Source of the DNA: an uncultured Clostridia bacterium
GTDB taxonomy: Bacteria > Acidobacteriota > Aminicenantia > UBA2199
Assembly (NCBI GenBank): GCA_964628035.1
Contig: CAZVPI010000007.1
Location: 10,322 to 74,321 of the forward strand
Reading direction: 5' to 3'
DNA length: 64,000 bases
The notes beneath the pieces are model-generated. The model had not been told where the DNA came from. It made no database searches and worked only from the letters and a program-made list of their open reading frames with translations. This document shows, piece by piece, positions 46,638-55,844 of the stretch. The translations under genes were made by a program, and so were the position numbers. Each line of letters starts with the position of its first letter. Position 1 is the stretch's first letter.

Positions 46638-49043
46638 TCCATGCGCATCGACAATTTTTCTATCCTGAAGCGATGCATCATGGCGATCCTGCTTGCCGGC
46701 CTGACGTCGCTTCCGCTTTTCCTGCCGGGCCAGGAGCAGGTCCACGAGAAGATCGAGGTGATCTACCAGGAGATCCTGGTGCGGGTGTTCGACAACGGCC
46801 GACCCGTTCCCGGGCTCCAGGCCGAGGATTTCGCCGTGGTTGAGGACGGCGAGCCGGTGAAAGTCGCCTACTGCCGCCAGCTGCGGCGCTCGCTGGCCCG
46901 CCCCGAGGCCGAGCCCGGCGGCGCCGCGGAGGCCCCGGCCCCGACCAGGCCGCGCCTGTTCTTGTTCATGTTCTGGCTCAACGAGGAGAGCCGCGAGTGG
47001 CCCAAGGCCTGGGAATATTTCGCCAGCCAGATCCACTGCCCCGGCGACCGGGTCGTGCTCAGCGACGACAGCCGGGACGTGGAAATCCGCTCCCTGGCCG
47101 AGGAGAAGGAGAAGATCGACGCCTTTTTCGCCCGCCTGGGCGAAGACCTGAAGAAGAAGCAACTCGAAAAGAAGAGGCTGGTGAACGAGCTGGAGCTGAG
47201 CGCCGGCGATTTCTACGACAGCCTTGTCGCCTTCCAGGGATCTCCGCATCCCCCGCCGGAAAACATGATGCTGGAGCGGTTCAAGATGAGCTATCTCGGC
47301 GCCCTCAATGAATACCGCCTGGAGCGGCTGGCCACGGCGCTGAAGGCGGTGGAGGCCGAGAAATGGGCGCTGCTGTTCCTGCAGAACGAGCGGCTGCCGC
47401 TGCTGCATCGCGACGCGCGGCTGCTGCGCGACGCGCCGATGAAGCAGGAGACCCTGGCCGCTCTCAAGGAGTTCATGGACCGCAGCGAGAGGCAGCTCAA
47501 GCTGGCCGGCGACGTGACGAGCTATCTGCGCGACCTGCGGCCGCTGTTCGTCGGCGCCAACGCCACTTACCACGTCTTCCTGTGCGATGCCGCCGGCGAG
47601 ACGCTGCCCGGCGAGCACCTGCAGTGGCAGCCGGTGTTTTCCTCGTGGGAGGGAGCCATCCGCCAGATCAGCGCCGACACCGGCGGCCGGGTCAGCGACA
47701 CCACCCGTTTGGGCGAGGCGCTGCGGCAGGCTGCGGAAAAGGAAGATGTTTATTATGTCCTGACTTATAAGCCTCCCGCCGGCCGGCAGCGCCGGCGCCA
47801 GCTGCAGGTCGAGGTGGGAGGACCGGGGCTGAAGGCGGTCTACTCGCGCAAGCTGGAGCTGGGCGAGCTGTTCCCCCTGAAGATCCAGGCCCTGGAGTGG
47901 GGTCAGGGGAAGCTGACCGTGTCGCTGGCCGACTACCAGAGGACCTACGGCGAAAAGGGACTGGCCGGCCGCCTGCAGGTCAGCCTCCGCGCCCATCTGC
48001 GCGGCAACGAGCCCCTGGCCTTTGCCAGGGAGATCCTGCCGGACGAACCCGCCGTCGATGTCGAGATGGCCCTCCATTTCCCCGAGCCGGGGAGTTACCA
48101 GGTCCACGTCGAGGCGCAGGACCTGCTGACCGGCAACCGGGCCACCGCTGAAAAGGAAATCGCCGTGCTGCCGCCTCCGGCTTCTGCTCCCGTTTTAGAG
48201 CCTGAGGTCGATACGCCGTTCCTGCCCGAGGAGTTGGAGCCGGTCATGGCCAGGGCCGCGGAGTATTGCCGGCGCCTGAAGGAGGCGGCGTTCCGCTTCT
48301 ACTGTCTGGAGAAGGTAGAGGAGCGGATGCTGGAACGCAATCCGCTTGCGAAACGGACGGAGCCGGTAGAGCGGCGCTGGGAGTACGACTACCAGATCAC
48401 CGGCGCCGGCGGCACGATCAGCGAACAGCGGCGATTGGTCCGCGAGGGGACGCGGAAAATGGACAAGGCGAACGCTGCCCTGGAGACCCGCTTCTCTTCC
48501 CACTACTCGGTGTTCCAGCCCGTCATCCTGCTGGCGTTGGAGAACCGGGCGGCTTATTCCTGCCGCCTCGTTGGCCGCGATCGCATCGGCAGCCGCCGCT
48601 GCGCCGTCGTCGAAATGACGCCGAGGCAGGCGGGGGACAGCGGCATCGCCCAGGGCAAAGCGTGGATCGACGAGGCCGACGGCTCGGTGCTCAAGATCGA
48701 GATGAGCCCGCACGGGGTGGTTGGCGCCGAGGAGCTGGAGAAGGCGGCCGCGAGCTTCCAGGCGCGGCTGCTGCTCGAGGTGACCCACCAGTACTCTGTC
48801 GAGCGGGACGGCCTGTGCTTTCCCTCCATGACCCTGTTCCGCGAGGCCTACGTCCTGGAAAAGGTGGTGACGGAGAGGAGCCGTGAAATGGCCGGCGGGA
48901 ATCTCAATGGGAGCGGGATGATGATCACCTTGCCCCAACTGGAGGGGAGAAGGCGCGAGATCGAATTCTACCGCCTGCGCCAAGACTACGGGAAGTACCG
49001 CTTCTTCGACGTGGACAGCCAGGTCGAGGTCCAGGAGCCCTGA
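46638..49043 (+). CDS. von Willebrand factor A domain protein of the VWFA-related Acidobacterial-domain type (TIGR03436-like)
   Basis: About 800 aa with a signal peptide. The N-terminal block EKIEVIYQEILVRVFDNGRPVPGLQAEDFAVVEDGEPVKV matches the TIGR03436 family signature as I recall it. A GAGGAG RBS lies 7 nt upstream. Confidence 0.65.
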   Translation, partial: SMRIDNFSILKRCIMAILLAGLTSLPLFLPGQEQVHEKIEVIYQEILVRVFDNGRPVPGLQAEDFAVVEDGEPVKVAYCRQLRRSLARPEAEPGGAAEAPAPTRPRLFLFMFWLNEESREWPKAWEYFASQIHCPGDRVVLSDDSRDVEIRSLAEEKEKIDAFFARLGEDLKKKQLEKKRLVNELELSAGDFYDSLVAFQGSPHPPPENMMLERFKMSYLGALNEYRLERLATALKAVEAEKWALLFLQNERLPLLHRDARLLRDAPMKQETLAALKEFMDRSERQLKLAGDVTSYLRDLRPLFVGANATYHVFLCDAAGETLPGEHLQWQPVFSSWEGAIRQISADTGGRVSDTTRLGEALRQAAEKEDVYYVLTYKPPAGRQRRRQLQVEVGGPGLKAVYSRKLELGELFPLKIQALEWGQGKLTVSLADYQRTYGEKGLAGRLQVSLRAHLRGNEPLAFAREILPDEPAVDVEMALHFPEPGSYQVHVEAQDLLTGNRATAEKEIAVLPPPASAPVLEPEVDTPFLPEELEPVMARAAEYCRRLKEAAFRFYCLEKVEERMLERNPLAKRTEPVERRWEYDYQITGAGGTISEQRRLVREGTRKMDKANAALETRFSSHYSVFQPVILLALENRAAYSCRLVGRDRIGSRRCAVVEMTPRQAGDSGIAQGKAWIDEADGSVLKIEMSPHGVVGAEELEKAAASFQARLLLEVTHQYSVERDGLCFPSMTLFREAYVLEKVVTERSREMAGGNLNGSGMMITLPQLEGRRREIEFYRLRQDYGKYRFFDVDSQVEVQEP

Positions 49044-49300
49044 AAGCGGCGTACGGTTCACGGTGGACGGTTTACGGCAAGAAAAAACAGCAAATTTCAA
49101 ACAAGCACCAATGACCCAAACCTAGTCGCTTGAAAAGTAAAAGGAAAAAGGCAAGAGTTAAGTGACCTTGGTCTTTCGAATCACGAATTACGAATTACGA
49201 TAGCTCTTTTATTGCTGCTACTATCACTACCACTATCACTTCTAGTTCGTCGAGGTTCTTGCTGACACTGACACTGACACTGGCACGGAGGGATCGTTCT
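49044..49300. repeat. composite intergenic repeat with the same module order as 37640-37985
   Basis: gcgtacggttcacggtggacggtttacggc...aagcaccaatgacc...gaaaagtaaaaggaaaaaggcaagagttaagtgacc...gaatcacgaattacgaattacgatagc...gctgctactatcactaccactatcac...tcgtcgaggttcttgctgacactgacactgacactggcacggagggatcgttct. Confidence 0.7.
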
Positions 49301-49301
49301 T

Positions 49302-50366
49302 CTACTTCCCCTGCGGCAAGAGCCCTGATTTCAGGAACGCCTGCACGGCGACGACGATGGCCGGCCCCAGGATCAGGCCCGCCACGCCCAGCAGCTGCAA
49401 GCCGGCGAACATGGCCATCAGCGAGACCAGCGGGTGCAGCCCCAGCTGGCCGCCGACGATGCGCGGCTCCAGCGCGTAACGGATCACGGTCATCACCAGG
49501 TAGAGGACCAGCAGGCCGACGCCGGTCGCCGTCTTGCCCAGCACGATGGCGGCCAGGGCCCAGGGAAGGAGGACCGTGCCCGTACCCAGCACCGGCAGGA
49601 TGTCGACCAGGGCGGTGAGCAGGGAGATGACCAGGGCGTAGCGGATGCCGAGCAGGCTCAGGCCGATGAAGCACTCGCTGAAGGTGAGGGTCATCAGGAT
49701 GAGCTGCGCCTTGAGAAAGCCGGCCAGCGAGCGCCCCAGGCTGTTCTTCAGCGCCAGCAGCTTGGCATAGGTCGCCGCCGGCACCAGCCGCGAGAACTTC
49801 TCGCCGAAGCGTTGCCGGTCGCGAGAGATGAAGAACGTGGCGATCAGGGTGAACATGGCGAACAGCAGCAGGTTGGGCAGCGAGGTCAGCAGGTCCAGGA
49901 TCGAGCCGGCCAGCGAGGTCAGCACCCCGGCGGCGCGGGAGGCCAGGTTCACGAGCGACTCCTGCAGCGGGCCCACGATCTCCTTGGGCAGCCGCAGGTA
50001 CATCGACCGGCCCCATTGCGCCACGTCATCGAACACCTTGGCCAGGAAGCGTCCGGCGTCGGGGATCTCCTTGGCGAGGGCGCTCACTTCGGCCACGAGC
50101 CGGCTGGCGATCAGGATCCCCGCGGCCAGCAGGATCCCGAAATAGACGAACATGACAAGGGACACCGCCAGGCTGCGGGGGACCCGGCGCCGCGTCAGGA
50201 GCCTGACCGGGGGCTCCATGGCCAGGGCGATGGGCAGGGCGATGACGAAGGGCAGCAGGTAGCGGAAGGCGACATGGAGCGCCAGTAGGACCAGGCCCAG
50301 GGCGGCCAGGATGACGAGGCCGCGCATCAGCAGGGGATAACGCCCGTTCAGTTCCTTCATGGTCAT
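49302..50366 (-). CDS. AI-2E family transporter (UPF0118/PerM-like)
   Basis: 354 aa with 7-8 TM helices. The AI-2E conserved C-terminal region reads LALVDILPVLGTGTVLLPWALAAIVLG...RYALEPRIVGGQLGLHPLVSLMAMFAG. Confidence 0.8.
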   Translation of the reverse strand: MTMKELNGRYPLLMRGLVILAALGLVLLALHVAFRYLLPFVIALPIALAMEPPVRLLTRRRVPRSLAVSLVMFVYFGILLAAGILIASRLVAEVSALAKEIPDAGRFLAKVFDDVAQWGRSMYLRLPKEIVGPLQESLVNLASRAAGVLTSLAGSILDLLTSLPNLLLFAMFTLIATFFISRDRQRFGEKFSRLVPAATYAKLLALKNSLGRSLAGFLKAQLILMTLTFSECFIGLSLLGIRYALVISLLTALVDILPVLGTGTVLLPWALAAIVLGKTATGVGLLVLYLVMTVIRYALEPRIVGGQLGLHPLVSLMAMFAGLQLLGVAGLILGPAIVVAVQAFLKSGLLPQGK

Positions 50367-50497
50367 GAGCCACCTCGCCGGGAGATTGCGACACGTAGTG
50401 TATCACAAAGGGCTGGGATTGTATGTCAGGGCACTCAAAAGGCCAAAAGAAGATGCCCGCGGTTTTTCGGATTCCGGATCACGACAGCTCGTGTCAT

Positions 50498-50582
50498 CAT
50501 GGCTGCTCCCATCACGGATCGCCGATCACCCATCACCTGGACTTGTTCATTGTAGGGCTTGTTGTTGCCACCACCATGACCC
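50498..50582. repeat. about 85-nt intergenic element with a second copy at 53120-53210 (about 75-80% identity)
   Basis: catggctgctcccatcacggatcgccgatcacccatcacctggacttgttcattgtagggcttgttgttgccaccaccatgacc compared with catggctgccgcgaatcactaattccccatcaccaggacttgttcattccagggctcgctgctaccaagaccactatgacc. Confidence 0.65.
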
Positions 50583-50636
50583 CAAGCACTTCAGGGTTCG
50601 CCGAGTTTCTTCGCCGACACGGCTGGTTCGTTGCGT

Positions 50637-50666
50637 TTGACTTGCCTGCGGCGAATCCCCTATAAT
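50637..50666 (+). promoter_or_regulatory. sigma70-like promoter TTGACT-N18-TATAAT upstream of pyrF
   Basis: ttgacttgcctgcggcgaatcccctataat. The predicted TSS is about 30 nt upstream of ATG 50706. Confidence 0.4.
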
Positions 50667-50705
50667 GCCTCTGCCGCGCGAAAATCTCGGCGGAGCGAAG
50701 AGCGC

Positions 50706-51536
50706 ATGGAAAGCTTCTTCACCTTCCTGGAAAAGCGGGTGAGCGACTGCTCCTCGCTGCTGTGCGTGGGGCTCGATCCCCACCTGGCCGACCTGCCCTT
50801 TCCCAACGCCGAGGCCGCCGCCGCCTTCTGCGCCGAGCTGGTCGAGCGCACCGCCCCCTATGCCGCGGCCTTCAAGCCCAACGCCGCCTTTTTCGAGCAG
50901 TTCGGGGCGCCGGGCTGGGCGGCGCTGGAACGGGTCATCGCCGTTGTTCGCGAGCGCTCGCAGCGCCAGGGCTCCCTGATCCCGGTCATCCTCGACGCCA
51001 AGCGCGGCGACATCGCCTCGACCGCCGAGGCCTACGCCCGCTCGGCTTTCCGCGTCCTGGGCGCCCATGCCGTCACCCTTTCGCCGTACCTGGGCCGCGA
51101 CTCGATCGAGCCTTTCCTGGCCGATCCGGAGAAGGGGGCGTTCCTGCTTTGCAAGACATCCAATCCCGGAGCCGCCGACCTGCAGGACCTGGCCCTCGCC
51201 GCGAACAACGAACCGCTGTATCTTGCCGTCGCCCGCCTGGCCCGGGACTGGAATACGAGCAACAACGTGGGCCTGGTCGTGGGAGCCACCCAGCCCGAGG
51301 CCCTGGCCCGCGTCCGCCAGGCGGCGCCCGAACTGTGGATCCTGGCCCCGGGGATCGGCGCCCAGGGCGGCGAGCTGGAGACGGCGCTTCTGGCCGGCTT
51401 GAGGACCGATGGCCGCGGCCTGTTGCTGCCCGTGTCGCGCGCCATTTCGCGCGCCTCCGATCCGGGCAAGGCGGCGGCCGAGCTGCGCGACCGCATCATC
51501 GACATTCAATACCGGCACGGCAGCACGCGGAAATAG
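50706..51536 (+). CDS. pyrF: orotidine 5'-phosphate decarboxylase (type 2)
   Basis: Start MESFFTFLEKRV. The motifs LLCVGLDPH, ILDAKRGDIASTA (catalytic Lys/Asp) and the C-terminal GIGAQGG phosphate-binding loop are present. Confidence 0.85.
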   Translation: MESFFTFLEKRVSDCSSLLCVGLDPHLADLPFPNAEAAAAFCAELVERTAPYAAAFKPNAAFFEQFGAPGWAALERVIAVVRERSQRQGSLIPVILDAKRGDIASTAEAYARSAFRVLGAHAVTLSPYLGRDSIEPFLADPEKGAFLLCKTSNPGAADLQDLALAANNEPLYLAVARLARDWNTSNNVGLVVGATQPEALARVRQAAPELWILAPGIGAQGGELETALLAGLRTDGRGLLLPVSRAISRASDPGKAAAELRDRIIDIQYRHGSTRK

Positions 51537-51716
51537 CTCGGCGAACGATCATAGCTGTATATTTTTTACCCGCATTCAATTTCCATTTTCCCACTTGAAC
51601 GAGCACCCATTCAATAGAAATGAAGGGATGTCGATTTTCCCCGCAGCCCGCCCCCGCAAACCCTTTAGCATTATAAGTTGTCAGGATATGACTTAATTAT
51701 AGGCGATCTTCAATAA

Positions 51717-51917
51717 TCAATAATGTGCATTCTCAGGGAAATCAGAGCGTACCGTCATCTCGGAAGTCGGTGAATTGGTTTTCCACATCCCATGTTGATA
51801 TACCCCTTGCATGATCAGCAAGCGACCCTGCTCAGGCACGGGCAATTTTTCCACATTTGCACTGACAAACAACGTCCCCGGCAAGTCCATCCTTTTGTTC
51901 CCTTCAAGGAGTGTCAT
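51717..51917 (-). CDS. small hypothetical ORF (66 aa) translationally coupled (ATGA overlap) to the VOC-like ORF, in a low-GC patch
   Basis: MTLLEGNKRMDLPGTLFVSANVEKLPVPEQGRLLIMQGVYQHGMWKTNSPTSEMTVRSDFPENAHY. There is no recognisable domain, and local GC is lower than the surroundings. Confidence 0.25.
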   Translation of the reverse strand: MTLLEGNKRMDLPGTLFVSANVEKLPVPEQGRLLIMQGVYQHGMWKTNSPTSEMTVRSDFPENAHY

Positions 51918-52237
51918 GAATCGAGAGGGATCGCGCGCCCCGGCCCCCAGATCTTCCGCCGCGGGCTCTTCCTCTTCCGGAACTCGATCAGCTCGATCGG
52001 CGACCCGTCGTGGAGCATCACGGCCACGCGCACTCCCGGCGAGGGGGAGTTGGGCGGAGCGAGCACCTCGGCACCGCACTCGCGCAGCGCCCGTTCCAGG
52101 TCGTCGACCTCGAAGGCCACATGGGGAACGGAGCGGATGACCGCGGACTGCGTCTCGTTCTCAAAGCGCATCCACTGGATGCCGAAAGGGCTGCTATCGA
52201 AGCCGGAAACGCGCATGTCCAACCCGGGGAGGTGCAC
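51914..52237 (-). CDS. glyoxalase/VOC-family protein, possibly truncated or degraded (GTG start, in-frame stop immediately upstream)
   Basis: PHVAFEVDDLERALRECGAEVLAPP...GVRVAVMLHDGSPIELIEF is one beta-alpha-beta-beta-beta VOC module. The first 37 aa do not look like a second module. Only about 107 aa are present, so this may be a gene fragment. Confidence 0.4.
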   Translation of the reverse strand: MHLPGLDMRVSGFDSSPFGIQWMRFENETQSAVIRSVPHVAFEVDDLERALRECGAEVLAPPNSPSPGVRVAVMLHDGSPIELIEFRKRKSPRRKIWGPGRAIPLDS

Positions 52238-52478
52238 CTCGCCCGGATGCGCCGTTGTTGCCGGGATGCCCAGATGATGGCAGCGTCAGCCCAGTTCGCC
52301 GGTCACCCGGGACGGCTCATGGCCCTTTCGCCTGCGGCGATTCATCCCGTACGGGAAACACGCCATGCCTGTTGTAGGGGGCGGAGGGGGAGGAGGTCAA
52401 TCGCCGGCCGCAGGCCGTCCCAGGCTGAGATTTCACCCCGATAGTCGTATTCAGTTCGCGATGAAGAAAGGAGGCCCC

Positions 52479-52940
52479 ATGAAAAGGAGTTCCCAATTCA
52501 CGGTTCTATTGCTGGCTTTCGCGTTTCTGGCGACGATGGCCGCCGCCGCCCTGCCCGCCCAGGCGCTGAAGCTGTGCTGCGTGGCCGGCAAGTACGAGGG
52601 CACCCAGATCAGCACCGCCAAGCCCAACTGCCCGCCGCCGGAAAAGGAAAAGTTCACCATGATCATCGAGCAGGACCGCAGCTGCGGGCCCAAGCTCAAG
52701 GGGGCGATCCTCGATGCGGCGGGCACGCTCAGCAACTGGACGGGCACCCTGGCCCGCGGCCTGCGCGGCTGCTGCAAGCTGGAAGGAAGCTTTCTTACTC
52801 CAGGCGGCAACACCGTCAAGTTTCAGGGCACGATCTGCCGCAACGCCCTGGGCAAATGGCAGGCCAAGGGGACCTGGGAGGAGATCGGCGCCCCGGACCC
52901 GTGTCGCGGAAGCGGCAGCTGGCAGATGACCCAGATCTAG
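52479..52940 (+). CDS. small secreted cysteine-rich protein, unknown function
   Basis: Start MKRSSQFTVLLLAFAFLATMAAAALPAQA is a signal peptide. There are 8 Cys in about 125 mature residues, including two CC pairs. An AAGGAGG RBS is present. Confidence 0.5.
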   Translation: MKRSSQFTVLLLAFAFLATMAAAALPAQALKLCCVAGKYEGTQISTAKPNCPPPEKEKFTMIIEQDRSCGPKLKGAILDAAGTLSNWTGTLARGLRGCCKLEGSFLTPGGNTVKFQGTICRNALGKWQAKGTWEEIGAPDPCRGSGSWQMTQI

Positions 52941-53119
52941 GAGATTGAAAAGAGCAATCCAGGTTAGTCAGCGACGGACAGACCGACGGTCCAACGCGGT
53001 TCCACGTACCATGTACCACGTTAAACAGCAAAAGCACATCGCCGATAGAGGACGCCGGCTTTAAACTTGGTGCGTGGGGGGTGGCCATGGAATCTCATCT
53101 TTATCTCCCAGGTGCCACT

Positions 53120-53210
53120 CATGGCTGCCGCGAATCACTAATTCCCCATCACCAGGACTTGTTCATTCCAGGGCTCGCTGCTACCAAGACCACTATGACC
53201 ATCACTGGCA
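53120..53210. repeat. second copy of the about 85-nt element found at 50498-50582, preceded by GGCTTTAAACTTGG and ACGG-type modules
   Basis: See 50498-50582. The upstream flank 52962-53010 reads cagcgacggacagaccgacggtccaacgcggttccacgtaccatgtaccacg. Confidence 0.6.
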
Positions 53211-53249
53211 TGGTTTTGCCGTAAGCCCTGTTCTTTCTTTACAGACGCT

Positions 53250-53870
53250 CTACTCCCACTCGAACACGCAGCGGCGCAGGTGCGACGTGTCGTTGAGCCC
53301 GGCCAGCACGAAGCCGCGCGTGCCGTCATGGAGCAGGGTGGAGACGGAGGCGTTGTCGAGGTGGAATTTCCAGAACCACTTCTCGCCGAGGCCGAGGGCC
53401 TCGGCCAGCAGCGCCTTGAGCACCGAGCGGTGGGAGACCACGGCGATGCGTTCGCAGCCGGCCTCGGCCAGCAGGCGGTTGAAGGCGCGGGCGCGCGCCT
53501 TGACCGCGGCCAGCGACTCGCCGCCCGGGAAAGCCAGGCGCTCCGGCTCCTCGAGCCAGCGCCGCCACATCTCGGGCTCCTCGGCGGAGATCTCCTGCTT
53601 GCGCCTCCCCGACCAGCGCCCCAGGTCGAGGTTGTTGACCAGCTCCTGGGGCTCGATCTCCAGGCCGGGGAAACAGGCCGCCGCCGTTTCCGCGGCCCGG
53701 CGCAGCGGCGAGGAGTAGACGCGCTGCACGCCGGCGCCGGCGAAGCGGGCGCGCAGTTCCGCGGCCTGCTCCAGGCCGGCGGGGCTCAGCGGCACCTCGC
53801 CGCGGCCGCGGAAGATCCCCTCGCGGTTGGCCTGCGTCTCGCCGTGGCGGATCAGGTAGATCGACTTCAT
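53250..53870 (-). CDS. histidine phosphatase family protein (phosphoglycerate mutase-like / CobC-like)
   Basis: Start MKSIYLIRHGETQANREGIFRGR contains the RHG catalytic motif. A second His lies in RIAVVSHRSVLKAL. Confidence 0.75.
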   Translation of the reverse strand: MKSIYLIRHGETQANREGIFRGRGEVPLSPAGLEQAAELRARFAGAGVQRVYSSPLRRAAETAAACFPGLEIEPQELVNNLDLGRWSGRRKQEISAEEPEMWRRWLEEPERLAFPGGESLAAVKARARAFNRLLAEAGCERIAVVSHRSVLKALLAEALGLGEKWFWKFHLDNASVSTLLHDGTRGFVLAGLNDTSHLRRCVFEWE

Positions 53871-54313
53871 GACAGGTCCAGGTGCCGCAGGCGGCTGCGG
53901 ACGGTGATGCGCCGCCTGCCGTCGCCCTCCTCGTTCAGGGTCACGGCGACGGCCTGGGGCAGCGAAAAGTAGCCCGCGTCGAGATATTGGGCCCACTCGA
54001 CGGCGAGCACCCCGGCGCCGAGGAACTCGTCGACAGGGTTCTCCAGAGCCTCGGGCATCACTCCCAGGCGGTAAAGGTCGAAGTGATAGAGGTCGTGCCG
54101 GCCGGCATAAAGGTTCATCAGCACGTACGAAGGGCTGACCACCTCGGCGGCCGGGATGTCCAGCCCCGCGGCCAGCCCCTTGATGAAGACGGTCTTGCCG
54201 GCCCCGAGTTCGCCGCTGACCAGGACGAGCTCATCGCCGCGCAGCAGCCGGCCCAGGCGCTCGCCCAGGGCCTGGGTCTCCTCAGGAAGCGAGGTAAGGA
54301 GAGAGAAATCCAT
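53867..54313 (-). CDS. tsaE: tRNA threonylcarbamoyladenosine biosynthesis protein TsaE
   Basis: 148 aa. The P-loop is VLVSGELGAGKTVFIKGL. The YjeE family C-terminal region includes HFDLYRL. Confidence 0.85.
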   Translation of the reverse strand: MDFSLLTSLPEETQALGERLGRLLRGDELVLVSGELGAGKTVFIKGLAAGLDIPAAEVVSPSYVLMNLYAGRHDLYHFDLYRLGVMPEALENPVDEFLGAGVLAVEWAQYLDAGYFSLPQAVAVTLNEEGDGRRRITVRSRLRHLDLS

Positions 54314-55844
54314 GGGCCTTCAGGAAGCTCCGGGGCAGGAAGCGGAGGAGGTCGCCGGCGGTCAGCCCGGCTTCGCCGACCTCGGCCACGGCCAGGTCTC
54401 CCGCGTAGCCGTGCAGGAAGACGGCGGCGGCCAGGATGAGGTCCAGGTCATGGCACCGGCCGTGCTGGGCGATGAGCCCGGCGATCAGGCCGCCCAGCAC
54501 GTCGCCGCTGCCGGCCGTGGCCATCCCCGGGTTTCCCGTCTGGTTGACCCAGACGCGGCCCTGCGGCGAGACGGTCAGCGTGCGATGCCCTTTCAGCACC
54601 AGGAAACAGCCGCAGCCCTGGGCGAACTCGCGGGCCAGGTTGAGGCGGTCGCGCTGCACCGCGGAGGCGTCCCGGCCGCAGAGGCGGGCGAACTCGCCGG
54701 GATGGGGCGTCAGCACCAGCGGCCGCTCCCCGCGGCTGCGCAGCAGATCGGGGCGGCCGGCCAGCACATTGAGGGCGTCGGCATCGAGCACCAGCGGGAC
54801 CTCCGCCTCGGCGAGCAGCATGGCCACCGTGGCCAGCGTTTCGGGGCCCTCGCCCAGCCCGGGACCCACGAGCACCGAGGTGAAGCCCTTGATCCGGGAC
54901 AGGATCTGCGCGGGCTCCTCGAAGGGCAGGGTCATCACCTCGGGATGGGCCAGGACCGAGAGAGCGCGGTTTTCCGGCGGCACGGCCGCGGTGCAGAGCC
55001 CGGCTCCGCTGCGCAGGGCGGCGTAGGCGGCGAGGACGCCGGCTCCCGGCTTTTCCCGCGAGCCGGCTACGACCAGGACGTGCCCGAAATCCCCCTTGTG
55101 GGCCGAGCGCGGCCGGGGCGCCAGCAGGGGGGAAAAATCGGCCGGCTCGGTGAGGCGGATGAAGTACTCGTCACTCTCCTCCAGCTCGCGGGGGATGCCG
55201 ATGTCCAGGACGCGGATGCGGCCGCAGTCGGGATTGCCGTCGGGGTTGAGGTGGGCCCATTTGAGGGCATGCAGGGCGGCGGTGACCTCGGCGCGGACGT
55301 GAACCCCCTGTGCGGGAGGGAAGCCCTCGCCCAGCCCGGAGGGGATGTCGATCGCCGCCAGGGGCAGCCGCGCATCGTTGAGGGCAACGATGGCCTCGGC
55401 GAACAGGCCGGAGGTGACCGGCTTGTCCAGCCCGGTGCCGAACAGGGCGTCGACCACGAAGGTCCGCCCGGGATCGCAGCCGGCCAGGGCCCGGCGCAGC
55501 TCGGCGGCCGAGGCCGCCAGGCCGGGGGCGGCTCCCGCCTCGAGCAGGCGGTCGTAGTTCGTCCGCGCTTCGGGCCCCAGGTCGTCGGGACGGGCCAGGA
55601 GCAGGGCGCGGACTTCATAGCCCCGTTCGCGCAGCAGCCGGGCGAGGGCCAGGCCGTCGCCGCCGTTGTTGCCCTTGCCGGCGACCACCAGGCAGCCGGG
55701 AAAACGGTCGCGGGGAAAGGAGGAGGAGAAGTATTCGCAGCAGGCGGCGGCGGCGTTTTCCATCAGCGCCAGGGCCGGGATGCCCCGGCGGACGGCGGCG
55801 CGATCGATCTCGCGCATCCAGGAATTGAGCAGGACCTTCATCAC
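54282..55844 (-). CDS. nnr: bifunctional NAD(P)H-hydrate repair enzyme Nnr (YjeF_N epimerase + YjeF_C dehydratase)
   Basis: 520 aa. The N-terminal YjeF_N region has GKGNNGGDGLALARLL. The C-terminal carbohydrate-kinase-like region has GPGLG and GSGDVLGGLIAGLIAQ. Confidence 0.85.
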   Translation of the reverse strand: MMKVLLNSWMREIDRAAVRRGIPALALMENAAAACCEYFSSSFPRDRFPGCLVVAGKGNNGGDGLALARLLRERGYEVRALLLARPDDLGPEARTNYDRLLEAGAAPGLAASAAELRRALAGCDPGRTFVVDALFGTGLDKPVTSGLFAEAIVALNDARLPLAAIDIPSGLGEGFPPAQGVHVRAEVTAALHALKWAHLNPDGNPDCGRIRVLDIGIPRELEESDEYFIRLTEPADFSPLLAPRPRSAHKGDFGHVLVVAGSREKPGAGVLAAYAALRSGAGLCTAAVPPENRALSVLAHPEVMTLPFEEPAQILSRIKGFTSVLVGPGLGEGPETLATVAMLLAEAEVPLVLDADALNVLAGRPDLLRSRGERPLVLTPHPGEFARLCGRDASAVQRDRLNLAREFAQGCGCFLVLKGHRTLTVSPQGRVWVNQTGNPGMATAGSGDVLGGLIAGLIAQHGRCHDLDLILAAAVFLHGYAGDLAVAEVGEAGLTAGDLLRFLPRSFLKAHGFLSPYLAS

